Source: Phaeosaccion multiseriatum
Taxonomy: Eukaryota > Protista > Ochrophyta, other classes
DNA length: 64,000 nt
Assembly (NCBI GenBank): GCA_965112735.1
Contig: OZ218964.1
Span: 1,736,001-1,800,000, forward strand
Reading direction: 5' to 3'
Within the stretch, counting starts at the first letter, position 1. Each line of letters starts with the position of its first letter. The notes under the pieces were generated by a model. It was given only the letters and a program-made list of their open reading frames with translations, made no database searches and was not told where the DNA came from. The position numbers and the translations under genes were made by a program. This document shows, in pieces, positions 25,327-37,200 of the stretch.

Positions 25327-26997
25327 CTACTCCTTCCTGCCGAAGACAGCTGACAAAACTCCGTGGTCCGAAGGGAACTGCAGCGTAGGAAAGACCGTAT
25401 TCTCAATGTACGAACGCGACCCCGTGTTGTCCCTCCACCGGTTCTTGGGCACGAGCTGAGACGGCTTGACGAGGATGAAATCCTTGGGGTTCACGTCGCC
25501 GCACTCCCTCTTCTCGGAGGACTTGCAGGCCTTGTTGAGTTGGGGTTGCAGGTAGGTCCTCGCGTTGAACGTGGTGTACCAGGTTGGGTCCGGCACGTCC
25601 CCAAAGCAGCTCGTGAGGCCCAAGCCGACGAAGGAGCGGCCGTACTCGACCACACTCTGCCATTTCTTGGGGTCTAGGGAGTCTTTGGGCTCGTAAGTGT
25701 TGGCATCCAGGCCAAACACGAAGGTATGCTCGGACAACTTGGGAGTGTCTGACGCCTTTTTGATTGCCTTGGTCACCGGGATGGTTGCCATGCCTAATGT
25801 TTTTTGTTTGTTTGGAAGTAGCAGTCAGTCAGTCAGTCAGTGAGTGAGTGAGTGGGTGAGTGAGTGTGCGAGTAGGGGGCTATGTACATGGGTCACTACC
25901 GATAGAGAGAGAGGAGGGGAGAGGCGAGGGGGGAAGACAAGACGCCAAAGGGGGAGAGGGGCGGGGCATGATGCAGCGGGTACACATGATGCGTATGTAC
26001 CCCACAGTATGGCACAAGGAGAGAGCAGAGGGCAAACAAACACCCATGCACAGCAGGAGAGGCCAAAGAAAGGCCCATGCATGCATTTGCTATACATGTA
26101 TTTGCCCCGTTCGCCTCCCTTCCTCCTCACCATTCGTGTCCCCGTGGAACGAGGAGAAGAAGAAAGGCGTTCCGTCCTTATGGCGGGTCGTCAGAGAGAA
26201 GATGTCACCGGCGGCCACAGGCACTTGCACCCCCTCGGGGAACTGCTCGTTCACCAGTGACGTCACCTCCTCGTCAGCGCCCAAGGGGAAGGTCGCCTTG
26301 CTCAGGAGAATCACGGAGTTCCTGTTGTTAGGGGCAGAGGTGGAGAGGAGGGGGGGGGGAGGCAGAGGTGGACGTTGTGCTTTGAGTTTTTGGGGACGTA
26401 AGTCTCAGTTCACAGCACACAAACATCAAAATCCCACCCAACGAACTACGCTTATGCGCCCTCCAGAAGAAAGAAAGAACACGGCCACCATCCCCCCCAC
26501 GTTGCCCAAAGGCTTATCAACAGGCTGCAGGTGCATCGCTCGGCACTCAATCACGGGCACGCACTGGTCTCTCTTGCCGTCCAATGCGTCGGGAATGGCC
26601 ACGTGGAAGTCCTTCCCGAGTACGCTGTCCTGGGCCTCCTCGATAAAGGCGGCAGCCACCTAGGGAGATGTGGGGGTGAGAGAGGGAAAGGAAGGGAGAG
26701 GGAGAGATGAGAGAGAGGAAGGGAAGGGAGAGGAACGAAGGAAGGAGCTCAAAACAGCCCCCCGCCTCCAAGAGGGGTCAAAACAGCCCCAGCTTTCCGT
26801 CTTCATCCCCCCCACCCACCCACCCGACGCTCTCTCCCTCCTCTCGGGGTCTCTAGTCAACTCAACAGGTGAGTCACACCTCGTATCCTGCCCTGCCTCA
26901 CCTCTTGGAGCAAGATCACATCCGCCTCCGCATAGGACTCTATGAGAATCTCCAGAGTGCGCTGCATCTTCTTCTTGTTCAGCTTCTCCACCTGAGT

Positions 26998-27048
<51 letters not shown>

Positions 27049-29161
27049 AGTGCGTGTGCGTGAGTGTGTGTGTGTGTGAGAGAGAGAGAGAGGACCCGTC
27101 GAAATACAGTCAGTCAGAGTCAGAGCAAGCAGGGCAGGTAAGCACGCAGGTAAGCAGGCAGGTAAGTAAGCAAGCAAGCAGGCAAGCAGGCAAGCAGGCA
27201 ACAGGCAAGCAGGCAAAGAGCTATCACTTACGAGCTTGGATTTGAGAGGCTGCCACGTGTCCGGCGCGAGATCGTTCATCATGTGGACGAGGATGGCGTC
27301 GAAGATGGCCCCACACATGGTCTGCAGGGGCACACTCACTGCCTCCTCCTCCTCGCTGATGGCCTGGGGGGGAGGGGAGAGGGGGGTGGTGGTGGTGGTG
27401 GTGGTGGAGGGGGAGGAGGAGGGTGAGGAGGAGGAAAGAGGTGTGGCGTAGTCTGACTGACTCGAAGACCAGAGAGAGATTTGCTTGTTTCCGCGGAGTA
27501 TTCTGAATCCTCCTCACTGACTGACTAACTAACGGACCCCTTGAGCGAGGAGAGATATACTTGGCTAAGCAGAAAAACCTCCCGACGCTTACTAACGCGT
27601 ACTTAGGTACCTACTCACCGGGTACTTCGACTTTTTGATGGGCTGCAGCATCTCGTAAATCACCGAGGTGGTGGTGCCGCTGCTGCTCTGAATGGTCACA
27701 GAGGTGTCGAATATGTACTCCATCCACTGCGCGAACCACTTGTCCTGCGAGCTCAGGTCCCCAGAGTACATGTTAATTACTGTAGGGCGGCAGATCTGAC
27801 CCTTGGAGCACTCGGAGGGGATGTGAGAGGTGTCTCCGACGACGTTGATGGTGTTGGTGACCCGATCAGGCATGGAGGCAAGCCTCTTGGACCCGAGAGT
27901 CTCGTCCTGTGGTGTGGTGTCGCGTATTCGTGCGTTTCGTTTCGGGACAAGAGGGCGCAAAGTAGTAGCAGCAGCAACAACAACAGCAGCAGCAGAAGCA
28001 GTAGCAACAGCAGCAGCAGCAGCAGCAGCAAGAGGGGTAGGGAATCGACGAGACGGTGAGAGGGGGAGAGTGCTGCGAGCGTGGCGAGAGGGCATAGAGG
28101 AGGAGGCAGAGACGGCAGGGTAGTTTTTAGTAGTTGAATAGTTAAATGCTTTACTGACACAATTAATAGCCACTAGAGTCGGGACCAGGAGCTACATATT
28201 TAGCGATAAGTCGATATCCCAAGAGAGCACCATAGAGTCCAAAGAACGGAAGGACGCAAGGGAAGGAAGGGAAGGGCATCACATACCTTCATGAACTCGT
28301 CGATGATTTTTCTGTTGCTGTAGTCATCCTCCCACAGCTTCTCCACCACGGCCACTTGGCTCTTCTCCCAACCCACCTCCAACATCTTCTCCTTCAGTAA
28401 CTTTGGAGAGGAGGGGGGGGGAGAGCGAGGGTGAAGGAGAGGGCGTAAGGGGAGACGACAGGGCAGCAGAAGTGGGTCAGTTAGGTTGCGCCAACCCCTC
28501 AGTCAAAAGGTCCAGGAAGTCGGCGTCGTGGTCGAAGGCTCCACCCTCCCCGAGTCTGCGCTGCGGGGAAGAGGGTCTTGTTCACCTTTGCCAATTCGCA
28601 CCGACGAAAGCAGAGGGCGCACCCTTTCTCCCTCACTTACCGCAAACATGTGGGGGGTGAAAACTTTCTTCACTGGTACGTCTCTTTTGCCAGGGTTCTC
28701 TAGATACTCCTCCACTCCAGCCTGTAGCAGCAGCAGGCACAGATGAGAAGAGCGACCCGAGGGAAAGAGAGAGAGAGAGAGAGGATTGAGGACGTTACCA
28801 AATCCACCGAAGTAGAGCTCTGTTCTTTGGCCTTCTTCTGCCCTTCGCAGCACATCGGGGAGAGTAAGCTCGCGTGACTGACCATGAGCGAGGTGTAGTT
28901 CGGATCCTCATTGTAGGTGATCCAGTACTCGAAGGGGTTGTTGTTGACGGCCGCAATGTTCCACGACGCCACAAACAAGTCTCCCTCGCCCACCCCAGTG
29001 ACAAAGCCCATCGCCGAGGACGGAGAAGCCGCCATGGGCTGAGGGCCCACCCGGGCCAAGGCAACGATTCCTATAAAGCCGAGAATGGCCACCACCGCAG
29101 CCTTCTCAATTCCTATGCCACAACAAGTCCGTGCCCGCGTGGCGCCCGGGTAACTCCGCAT
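25327..29161 (-). CDS. Endonuclease/exonuclease/phosphatase (EEP)-fold protein with N-terminal signal/anchor, function unknown
   Basis: About 9 exons. Hydrophobic N-segment, then FVASWNIAAVNNNPFEYWIT, SMPDRVTNTI, DVILLQE, SFHGDTNG, FGLDAN, KDFIL and C-terminal FPSDHGVL, in canonical EEP motif order. Confidence 0.8.
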
Positions 29162-29492
29162 GAGGCGAGGCGCCACGGTTCGAAAGCCCAGCCTGGGTGG
29201 GGCGGTTAGAAGCTTTTGTTATCCGGTTTCCCTGAGATGATGTTGCTATTTTCTTGTTCTTTTGCTCTCCTTTTGGACCCCCAAAAGAGCAAAAGAGTTT
29301 CTACTTCTGGTGCCATCTGCCCTAGATACGATGGGGCCCGAAGGCACAAGTGTCGTCAGTTTTAAGCAAATGTATTGGATAAGTGAGGAGTAGCTTGGTT
29401 CGTGTTGTCTCTTTCCGCCTCGCTGGCCCTACGAGGAGTGCAGGCCTACAGGTGTGCTGCTACCCACTGGCTGGGCGGCACCACGCAACCAC

Positions 29493-29667
29493 GCACGCGC
29501 CCACGGTCACTGGGAGGCTGCCTAGAGGCGGGCTATAGGCCGCCTAGGGCTGAAAAGTGAGCGGCCTAGAGCGGCCGGAGGCCGCCGGCCTAGGCCTATT
29601 TCGGCCGAAGGCCGAGCGGCCTAGCGGCCTAGAGCCTAGGCCGCTAGCTAGGCGTGCACGGGGCCGA
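29493..29667. mobile_element. 5'-truncated copy of the 30739-30935 MITE family
   Basis: Shares GCACGCGCCCACGGTCACTGGGAGGCTGCCTAGAGGCGGGCTA and GGCCTAG arrays with 30786-30935; ends in TAGGCGTGCACGGGGCCGA. Confidence 0.7.
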
Positions 29668-29747
29668 GATAGCGGATAGCGCGCCGGCTGGCGCCGGCGG
29701 TTGAATACGAAGGATGGGGGGGGGGGGGAATTCCAATTCCTCCGTTG

Positions 29748-29922
29748 TCGGCCCCTGACATGCTTCTGAGACAGGCCAGCCCAGAAGCAGGATCGCAGGA
29801 AGCAGCCTTGCTTGGCCCTCATCATTGCCTTATTACATGGCTTTCCCCCAGAACCTGGAACCTGCCTGGCCGGCTGGCGCCGGCCAGAAGCAGGCAGGAA
29901 GCAGGGTCACCTCAAAGGCCCA
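29748..29922. mobile_element. Decayed MITE-like element
   Basis: Left end TCGGCCCCTGACATGCTTCTG, degenerate right end, flanked by direct repeat CCGTTG (6 bp); internal GAAGCAG repeats. Confidence 0.5.
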
Positions 29923-30329
29923 CCGTTGCTGTCAGAAGCTACTGGGATGATCTTACTGGGAGCTAAGGGAAAGAAGAGGAAGTAAGTGAGGGAGGAAGTG
30001 AATGAGTAGTGGGTGCATACGTGCGTGCGTGTGTGCGTGCGTGAGTGAGTGACGAGTGAATGAATGAGTGCGCGTGTGCGTAGGTGAGTGATTGCGTGGG
30101 TTGGAGAGAGAGTGAGTGCGTGCGTGCGTGGGTGGGTGGTACGCCGGGGGCGTGTTTGCATGAGAAGTGGGTGCCTAAGAAGTAAGGAGTGAGGAGTGAG
30201 GAAGAGGAGTGTGTCATATGCCCTGCGCTGTAACCGGACCACGCCTTTCACACTTTGTCTCAAGATGCTGCCCTTGCCCTTCCTTATGAGTGTGTCTGCT
30301 GTCCGAGTGATGGTATGATGTTGAGATAG

Positions 30330-30472
30330 TCGACCCCTGACGCACTATCGCCCACATTCTCGATAGCGCGCTATCGGCCGCCGGCCGATAGCGGATAGCG
30401 GATCGGCTGGCGCCGTCGATAGCGGATAGCGCGCCGGCGATAGCGGATAGCGGATAGTGTGTCAGGGGTCGA
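30330..30472. mobile_element. MITE-like element with 6-bp TSD
   Basis: 20-bp TIR TCGACCCCTGAC(G/A)CACTATC (1 mismatch); flanking direct repeat AGATAG; internal GATAGCG repeats. Confidence 0.8.
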
Positions 30473-30738
30473 AGATAGGAAGGCTGTGAGATACGAAGTT
30501 TCTCAAAGGATTAGAGAGGGAGCGTTGTTGCCTACAGGTAGGATGGAACTAGACACACGGACAAGATAACAGCAACCCCAAAGCCAGCCTAGCAGCCAGC
30601 CTTGCCTCTATTAACTTATCGCATGCTAGTCCTAAACGACCACCTACGCACATAGGATAGTGAGAGCCGCGCCACCCGTTCTCACCGTATCTGCCTGGGC
30701 CTGGGCCATTGACTTACGAATCGACTTTCCACTGATAC

Positions 30739-30935
30739 TCAGCCCCATGCACGCCTATATTAGCAGGCCCTCGGCCTATTCATATGCACGCGCCCACGGT
30801 CACTGGGAGGCTGCCTAGAGGCGGGCTAGAGGCCGCCTAGAGGCGGGCTAGAGGCCGCCGGCCTAGGCCTAGATTGGCCGAAGGCCGAGCGGCCTAGCGG
30901 CCGAGAGCAAAATTGATAGGCGTGCATGGGGCTGA
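30739..30935. mobile_element. MITE-like element
   Basis: Perfect 20-bp TIR TCAGCCCCATGCACGCCTAT; internal GGCCTAG arrays; related copy at 29493-29667. Confidence 0.8.
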
Positions 30936-31236
30936 ACATACAGGCCAGCAGAGGAGGATTCGGCCCCCCTAGGCCAGCATCCAGCAGAAGTCTAGGCCAG
31001 GGGTCCTGCACCCCCCTTTGCCTAGGCCAGGGGCCTGCGGCCCCTCTAGGCCGGCCGAATTTCGCCTCTAGGCCTAGGCCAATAGTCCAGTCTGGGGCCC
31101 GATCACCGGATCACCGGCCTCCTCACGATGCTGCCAGTCCCCGTGTTTCTGGAATATGAATCAAGTTATCGCATCGTTTAAAACGATGTGACATTCGACA
31201 CTTTATCTCACTATGATGATGAGTAGGTATATGGGA

Positions 31237-33789
31237 TTACAAGACGCGATAGGCTAGCTGCACGTCCTCCATCTCCTCCTCCGCCCTGCCTACCCCGCCC
31301 CCGACTCCCGTCCAGTGCTGCGTCCCCGCCTTGGCCGAGGTCGGAGCGGACTCGACCCCGAGTCTGATCCTGCAGACCACCCGCTGGCCCGGCAGTAGCC
31401 AGGGGGGGGGGCACACGCACACGTCCACGACCCCCGACAAGCCAGGGGCAAGCTTCTGGGGCACGTAGGCGAGCTCCACTCCCGCATCGAAGCTTTCATC
31501 TTCGACGAAGTCACTCGCATCATCAGTTTCAGGTTCTCGTTCGTCGTCCGGGTTGTTGTCGTTCTTGCTCTCCTCTTCCTCCTCCTCCTCCTCCTCCTCC
31601 GCTTCTTCCTTCTCCTCCTCTCCAAAGACCTTCGTGCCAAGAGCCTCCCCCCCTGTAGCTGCCCTTTCACAATCTTTGCTTTCTATGTTCTCGCCTCGCT
31701 CTGGCACTACTAGTGCTGCTGAAGCTCCTCCTTCTCCTTGCTCTTGCTGTCGCGCTAGTGGCCTCTCCGTGCCGCCATTGCTCTCCAGCAGCTTCACTGT
31801 GGACATGACAATCTTCCGCGGGCTTGCATTGCAGATGATCAGTCGACCCCTTGTCTCACAGCCTTTCTGAAGCAGCCCCATGTCTATACATAAGCCTGGT
31901 GCTGCTACTGCTGTCCCGGCACCCCCTTCCCTCACTCCTCCTCCTCCTCCTCCTCCTCCTCCTCCTCCTCCTCCTCCTCCTCCTCCTCCTCCTCCTCCTC
32001 CTCCTCCTCCTCCTCCTCCTCCTCCTCCTCCTCCTCCTCCTCCTCCTCCTCCTCCTCCTCCTCCTCCTCCTCCTGTTGCTGCGCACAGAGTGTGCACCGT
32101 CTCCGCTGTAAGCCCCTGTCGCCGCCGCTGCTGCTGCTGCTGTATCATCAACTGCTGCTGCTGCGGCTTGTATAGCTGCGTTTTCCCTGCGATACAAGGG
32201 CTCCGTATCCACCATCGCTGTAGACTACTTCCGAACTGAGAGGCCAAGGCTTCACGCTGTGCCGGACAGAAGCCGTCCTCCAGGAAAGTGTGCCCCGCTG
32301 CTCCGACCTCCTCGCAACCACTCACTTGGTCACCGCGTTCATCCCTGCGCCATAGTGAAGGCGAAGTCGACGACTCAAGGGAGGATGTCGACGACAACGA
32401 TGACGACGACGACGAGGAGGAGGAGACGGCGGCGGAGGACGCCCGACGAGTGCGGCAAGGCCATTCAGGCGAGTCCGTCTTGAGAGCATCGGTCGACGTC
32501 GGGCGAAACTGCACATGCTGTTGTTGTTGCTGCACAGAGGCGGATGCAACAGTCCCCTCCGCTGCTATGCCAGTAGCGACAAACCTCTCCTCCGCTAGTG
32601 CTGCTGCTGCTGCTGTTGCTCCTGCTGCTTCGGACGGCGCCGTAGACATGCTGTCGTCGCTTCCTCGCATGGACGGGAGGGAAAGCCGCCACGTGGCTCC
32701 TCCTACCGTTCTACGCGTCCTCCCTTCATCTCCTGTGCCGTACAAAGTCTGTCGGGGAGAGGTGGTTCCCTCCGAACAGACCAGCCGCCTCGCCAGTGAC
32801 GCCTGCTTCTCCATCCGGAGTTGGTCGGCGTGGGCAGTCTCCAGCATAGCCCGGGGGTTGTGGGGTGGCACCCTGTTGTACCTGGCCACTGTTGCCCTCC
32901 CCACTGTCTGCAGTCTCTGCTTTACCAAGGTAGCGCTGTCTAAGTGCAGCACCTCGACGAGTGCAGCCAGCTTCTCAGGACCTGTCGCTCGTCCCTCCCT
33001 ACGGCATGATCGAGTGGATACCAGAGGGCGACGGGGCGACAAGTCTGTGGCCGCTCTCTCGAACGCAGGATGCGAGAAGATGACAATGGCAAGGACACTC
33101 AGCATGTCCACGAAGCCCGTGAAGGGAAGCTGGCCCCGTCCCTTCTCATCATAGTGGAACTTGTCCACCACCTCAGCGGCGGAAGGCCTACCACGCGCCT
33201 GCATTTCGGCCCGCTTTACCCGCTTCCTTGCATACCACTTCCACAGCCGATGGAGAATGTGTTTGTTCATCAGGTTGGGCACTATCTTAAAGTCTCGTGC
33301 GAAGCACAAGAATTCGAACCACGTCATGGTATCGCGAGACCACTTTACTTGCTCAAAAGTTCGGTTGCTGCTGCCAGTGTATTGACCACTCCCAGAGGGG
33401 CCTGTGAGACAACAATAGAAGCGAAAAATGATCTCGACCGGACCCTGCGGCTGTCGCTGCCTCGATTCTGTTTCGATGCTCCCTCTGCAGTTCTTTCCAC
33501 GATGATACAAATCGCTGCCGGCACAGGGGACTTGGTGCATCCATGACACTTTCATCAGAAAGTTGTCCCGCGGCTGCTGCTTGCGCTGGTGGTGAGATAG
33601 TCTGTGATGATGGCGATGCTGCAGAGGTCGGGCCTGCCTCCTGGTGCTGCTGGTGGCGGCCCCGTGCGCTGCTGGCGGACGACACGGTTTGCGTGCCACC
33701 TTGTTCGTCTCTACAATTCCCTCTGCGTGCCTGAGCTGGCGAAGCGCTCCTCGAATCAGCGAGCTGGGCTCCATCTTGAGTTCTGGCAT
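31237..33789 (-). CDS. Uncharacterised 850-aa protein; EF-hand-like helical region and C-terminal ASH/PapD-like Ig fold suspected
   Basis: Single long ORF. MTWFEFLCFARDFKIVPNLM...LPFTGFVDML looks like a degenerate EF-hand pair. IDMGLLQKG...LIICNAS...KLAPGLSGVVDV resembles ASH/MSP domains. Contains a ~46-Gly (GGA)n tract. Domain calls are tentative. Confidence 0.6.
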   Translation of the reverse strand: MPELKMEPSSLIRGALRQLRHAEGIVETNKVARKPCRPPAAHGAATSSTRRQARPLQHRHHHRLSHHQRKQQPRDNFLMKVSWMHQVPCAGSDLYHRGKNCRGSIETESRQRQPQGPVEIIFRFYCCLTGPSGSGQYTGSSNRTFEQVKWSRDTMTWFEFLCFARDFKIVPNLMNKHILHRLWKWYARKRVKRAEMQARGRPSAAEVVDKFHYDEKGRGQLPFTGFVDMLSVLAIVIFSHPAFERAATDLSPRRPLVSTRSCRREGRATGPEKLAALVEVLHLDSATLVKQRLQTVGRATVARYNRVPPHNPRAMLETAHADQLRMEKQASLARRLVCSEGTTSPRQTLYGTGDEGRTRRTVGGATWRLSLPSMRGSDDSMSTAPSEAAGATAAAAALAEERFVATGIAAEGTVASASVQQQQQHVQFRPTSTDALKTDSPEWPCRTRRASSAAVSSSSSSSSSLSSTSSLESSTSPSLWRRDERGDQVSGCEEVGAAGHTFLEDGFCPAQREALASQFGSSLQRWWIRSPCIAGKTQLYKPQQQQLMIQQQQQRRRQGLTAETVHTLCAATGGGGGGGGGGGGGGGGGGGGGGGGGGGGGGGGGGGGGGGGGGGGGGVREGGAGTAVAAPGLCIDMGLLQKGCETRGRLIICNASPRKIVMSTVKLLESNGGTERPLARQQEQGEGGASAALVVPERGENIESKDCERAATGGEALGTKVFGEEEKEEAEEEEEEEEEESKNDNNPDDEREPETDDASDFVEDESFDAGVELAYVPQKLAPGLSGVVDVCVCPPPWLLPGQRVVCRIRLGVESAPTSAKAGTQHWTGVGGGVGRAEEEMEDVQLAYRVL

Positions 33790-34249
33790 GAACCAGCTAG
33801 CGACATGCGTTCCTCAGCTGGTCGGAGCGCATTTTTTTTTTCCTTTTTTCCCTTTTTGGAGGTCAGGGGCTTGGCGGGCGCTGTTTTATTGTTGACTTAG
33901 GAAATTTTCTGAAACGTCCGTCTTCACCAGAGGAAGTACCACCATAGCAGTGAGAGCTTTGCGTAGGAATAGCAAGTAGCAACCGCGTCACCAGCACCAC
34001 TGGGCACGGCTTTTAGGAGCAGCGGCACAAGGTTACCAGGAGCTCCAGGAGCTCAACCGCCTAGGCTGCTATGAATGACTTGGTGGGCCGACAGGATAAG
34101 CGATCGGTACATGCTCTTGCTGGGCCTTTGCGGTAGACTTTGAGAATCGTCTGGTGCAGAGAGGGGCCGAGATGAGGGGGAGGTGAGAGCTAGGGCTCGG
34201 TATATCGTCGGGCACAGACACACCCCTCGCTCGGACAGAGTTCTAAAAG

Positions 34250-37200
34250 ATGGGTGACTATGGGCAGCCTTCGTCACCGGGAGGAAGGGACAGGAGAGGG
34301 AGCAACATGGGGCAGTACGGAGCCTCTATTATGGGTTCCCCTCGAACCATGGTACCTCCTCCTATTGTCGCACCTTCTGGTATGCCTGATATGGGCATGG
34401 ACCTCGCCAGCCCGGGCGGGCTCAGCAGCCCAGGCGGAGGAGGGGGTGGTGGGAGGCGAAGGAGAAGACAGCAGAGGGATGATCTTTCTGCCTCTCCCGC
34501 CGGCAGCAGCTATGCGGCGGAGCCCTCATCTCCGACGTCGTTTGGGAACTTCGACCAGCAGCAGGCAATGCCATCCTCGCCCTCGGGCTATCCCCCAATA
34601 CAACAGCCCTCCCCTAGCTTCGGGCAGGCGTCCCCCGTCAACGACTTGCAACATATGGGTATGGGAGGAGGGGGATACGGCCAGCAGACACAGCATATGC
34701 AGCCCGGCTACATGCAGATGCAGCAACCCCCAGCCGTGGTGTCCCCGACGAACTATGGGCAGGTGCAGCAGCAGCAGCAGCAGCAGCAGCCAGCTCCCAT
34801 GAATTATGCGCAGTCAGCTTCTCCGACCAGCTATGTGCCGTCCCCGGGAGGCGCGCGCCGCAGGCGCGACAGCGCTTTGACAGCGGACGATGGAAGCCCG
34901 AGCCCAGTGCGGCGAAGACGAGACAGCGCTTTGACCTTGTCCCCCGGAGGGAGCACACAGGCCGAACAGCTACCCATTTCACCAATCGTTTCGCCCTCTG
35001 CAAGTCCAGTGGGCAGCCCGAAGGTGGGGCGCCAGCAGACCATGGGGCGAGTGGGATTCGTTGGAATCGAAAATGCTGGCGGCGGTTCAGACTACGATGG
35101 CGGGGTGGAGACGGTGGGACTGAATGAGAGATCGGTGCTCATTCGCAACCCCGGCGAGCTCAAGGACTTTTTGGAACAAAAGAATAACGACCTTGTCAAG
35201 TCGCACAAGCGTCGAGAGGCGGAGCTGGAAGGCATGATGGAGAAGGACACGTAAGTTTCTCATCTGTTTCTCAGGAGGGAAGGAGAACCGGTGAAGCGGC
35301 GATTCCGAGAGAGAGAGAGAGAGAGGCTGGGTAGAGAGCGCAGTAGCATGCGCGTTTGCGTATTTGATCAGGGACACCGCCCGGGAGGCGTGATGCGAAC
35401 TAACCCCCCCCACGTCCTTGCCCCTCCCTCGCTCCCTCCCTCCGTTCCTCCCTCTGCCGCGCCCCCAGAATGTACCTGAAGGCCCTACTGCAGGAGGAAA
35501 CGGAGAGATTCGAGGAACACATGCTGCAGCAGATAGGAACGCCCAAGGGGACAGACCTCGGCAGCGGCAATGGCAGAAGAGGCAGTGCGGGGGGGGGGAG
35601 GCGCGCTAGTAGGAGGCCGTCGGCGGCCATGGAGATGCCCTACGCCCGCGAGGAGAAGAAGAAGATGGACGAATTTCTTCGGGAGAGGGGTCTTCTCGTC
35701 AAGAAGCTCGAGATGGTAAGAGGAGTCTGTCGGTCAGTCAGTCAGATCAATTAGCCAGTCAGTCACTTAGTCAGTCAGCCAGTCAATCGGTCTCAGGCGG
35801 TCAGTCAGTCAGTCAGTCGGTCGGTGAGGTGGACTCGGGATGCAGCTGCGGCAACAAGAGCAACCGAAGGTCCCTTCCATTTTTTTTTCTCTCTCTCTCC
35901 GTCCCTTCCTCTCGCCCTCTTTCCCCCTCCCTCCCTCCTTTCATCTTACCTCATTCCCACGCTCCCTCCCTCACTCCCTCCCTCCCTCCCTCCCTCCCTC
36001 CCTCCCTCCTTCCCTCCTTCCCTCCTTCCTCCCGTCCCTCCCTCCATCCCTGCCTCGCTCACTCACTCACCACCGCACGCACGCACTCACTCTCCAACTC
36101 GCGCACGCACTCACTCACTCTCTCACTCCCCCACTCCAGTACCACAAAGAATGCCGACAGAAGAACTCCAAGAAAATCTCCGTGGAACAGCAGCGCGTGG
36201 ACCGTACCCTCAAATCCTTCATAAGCAAGTACACCAACCCTTCTCAGCGCTCCCTGGTGGTTCGCAGCGTGGCCGAGTATGTCAATGGAGACGAGTGGAT
36301 GAAGATGGTCACCATGAGCCCAGACTACACGAGCCCAGACTACGTCAGCCGGGGCCCCGAGAGCCTAAACGCTCTCATTGTCGAGGCGGGCTTTAAGCCC
36401 ATCGGCAAGACGACGGTGGACGAGTTTGGAGAGGAGATGAACGCTAGGCTGGCAGGGCTTGATGCCGCCAAGCTAGACCGCATGAGGCGCCAGGCTGCTC
36501 AGGTACGCACACACGAACGCACGCACGCATGCACACACGCACGCACGTGACGAACGAGAACCTGCACTCACGCAAGTGATGAGGAGCGGGAGCACGCGTC
36601 TTTAGCTCTTTGCCCCAAGAGTTTGTGTTCTCTCTCTCTCTCTCCTTCCCTCTCTCCCTCTCTCTCTCCCTCTCTCTCCCTCTCTCTCTCTCTGTGTGTG
36701 TGTCACTATGTCACACCGATTCTATCCAACGAAAACGCCTGTGCTCGCTTCCTATCCATCACCGCTGCGTATGCTCCTCAACTCCTTAACTATCAACTTG
36801 GCTCACTCTCCTCTCCTCTCCTCTCCCCTCCCCTCCCCTCCCCTCCCCTCCTCTCCTCTCTTCTCCTATCCTTCACCCCCCGCTCCCTTGGAACTTGATG
36901 GTTCTCTTCTCGCTCTCTCCGCAGGCGCTGGAGCAAGCCAAGCATGCAGAGGCCATGCGGAGGCAGACCGAGGAGAACGCTCAAATTGCCGAGGAGTACA
37001 GGTGCGTGGACTCTCTTTGTTTGGCTTTGCTCTTTGCTTTGCTTATCTTGACTTAGCTTTCCCTTGTGTGGCTTTTGTGTGGCTTTGCTTTGCTTTGCCC
37101 TGCCTTGCCCTGCCTGGCGCTCTGCTTGGCGCGGCTTTTGCCTTGCTTTGCCTTGCTTTTCTGTTTTGTTTGCGCCCCCCGCCCCCTCCTCCCTGACCCG

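Noticed and set aside
29493-31102. CRISPR-like repeat array
   Set aside because: No regular repeat-spacer periodicity, no cas genes, eukaryotic context; explained by TIR elements.
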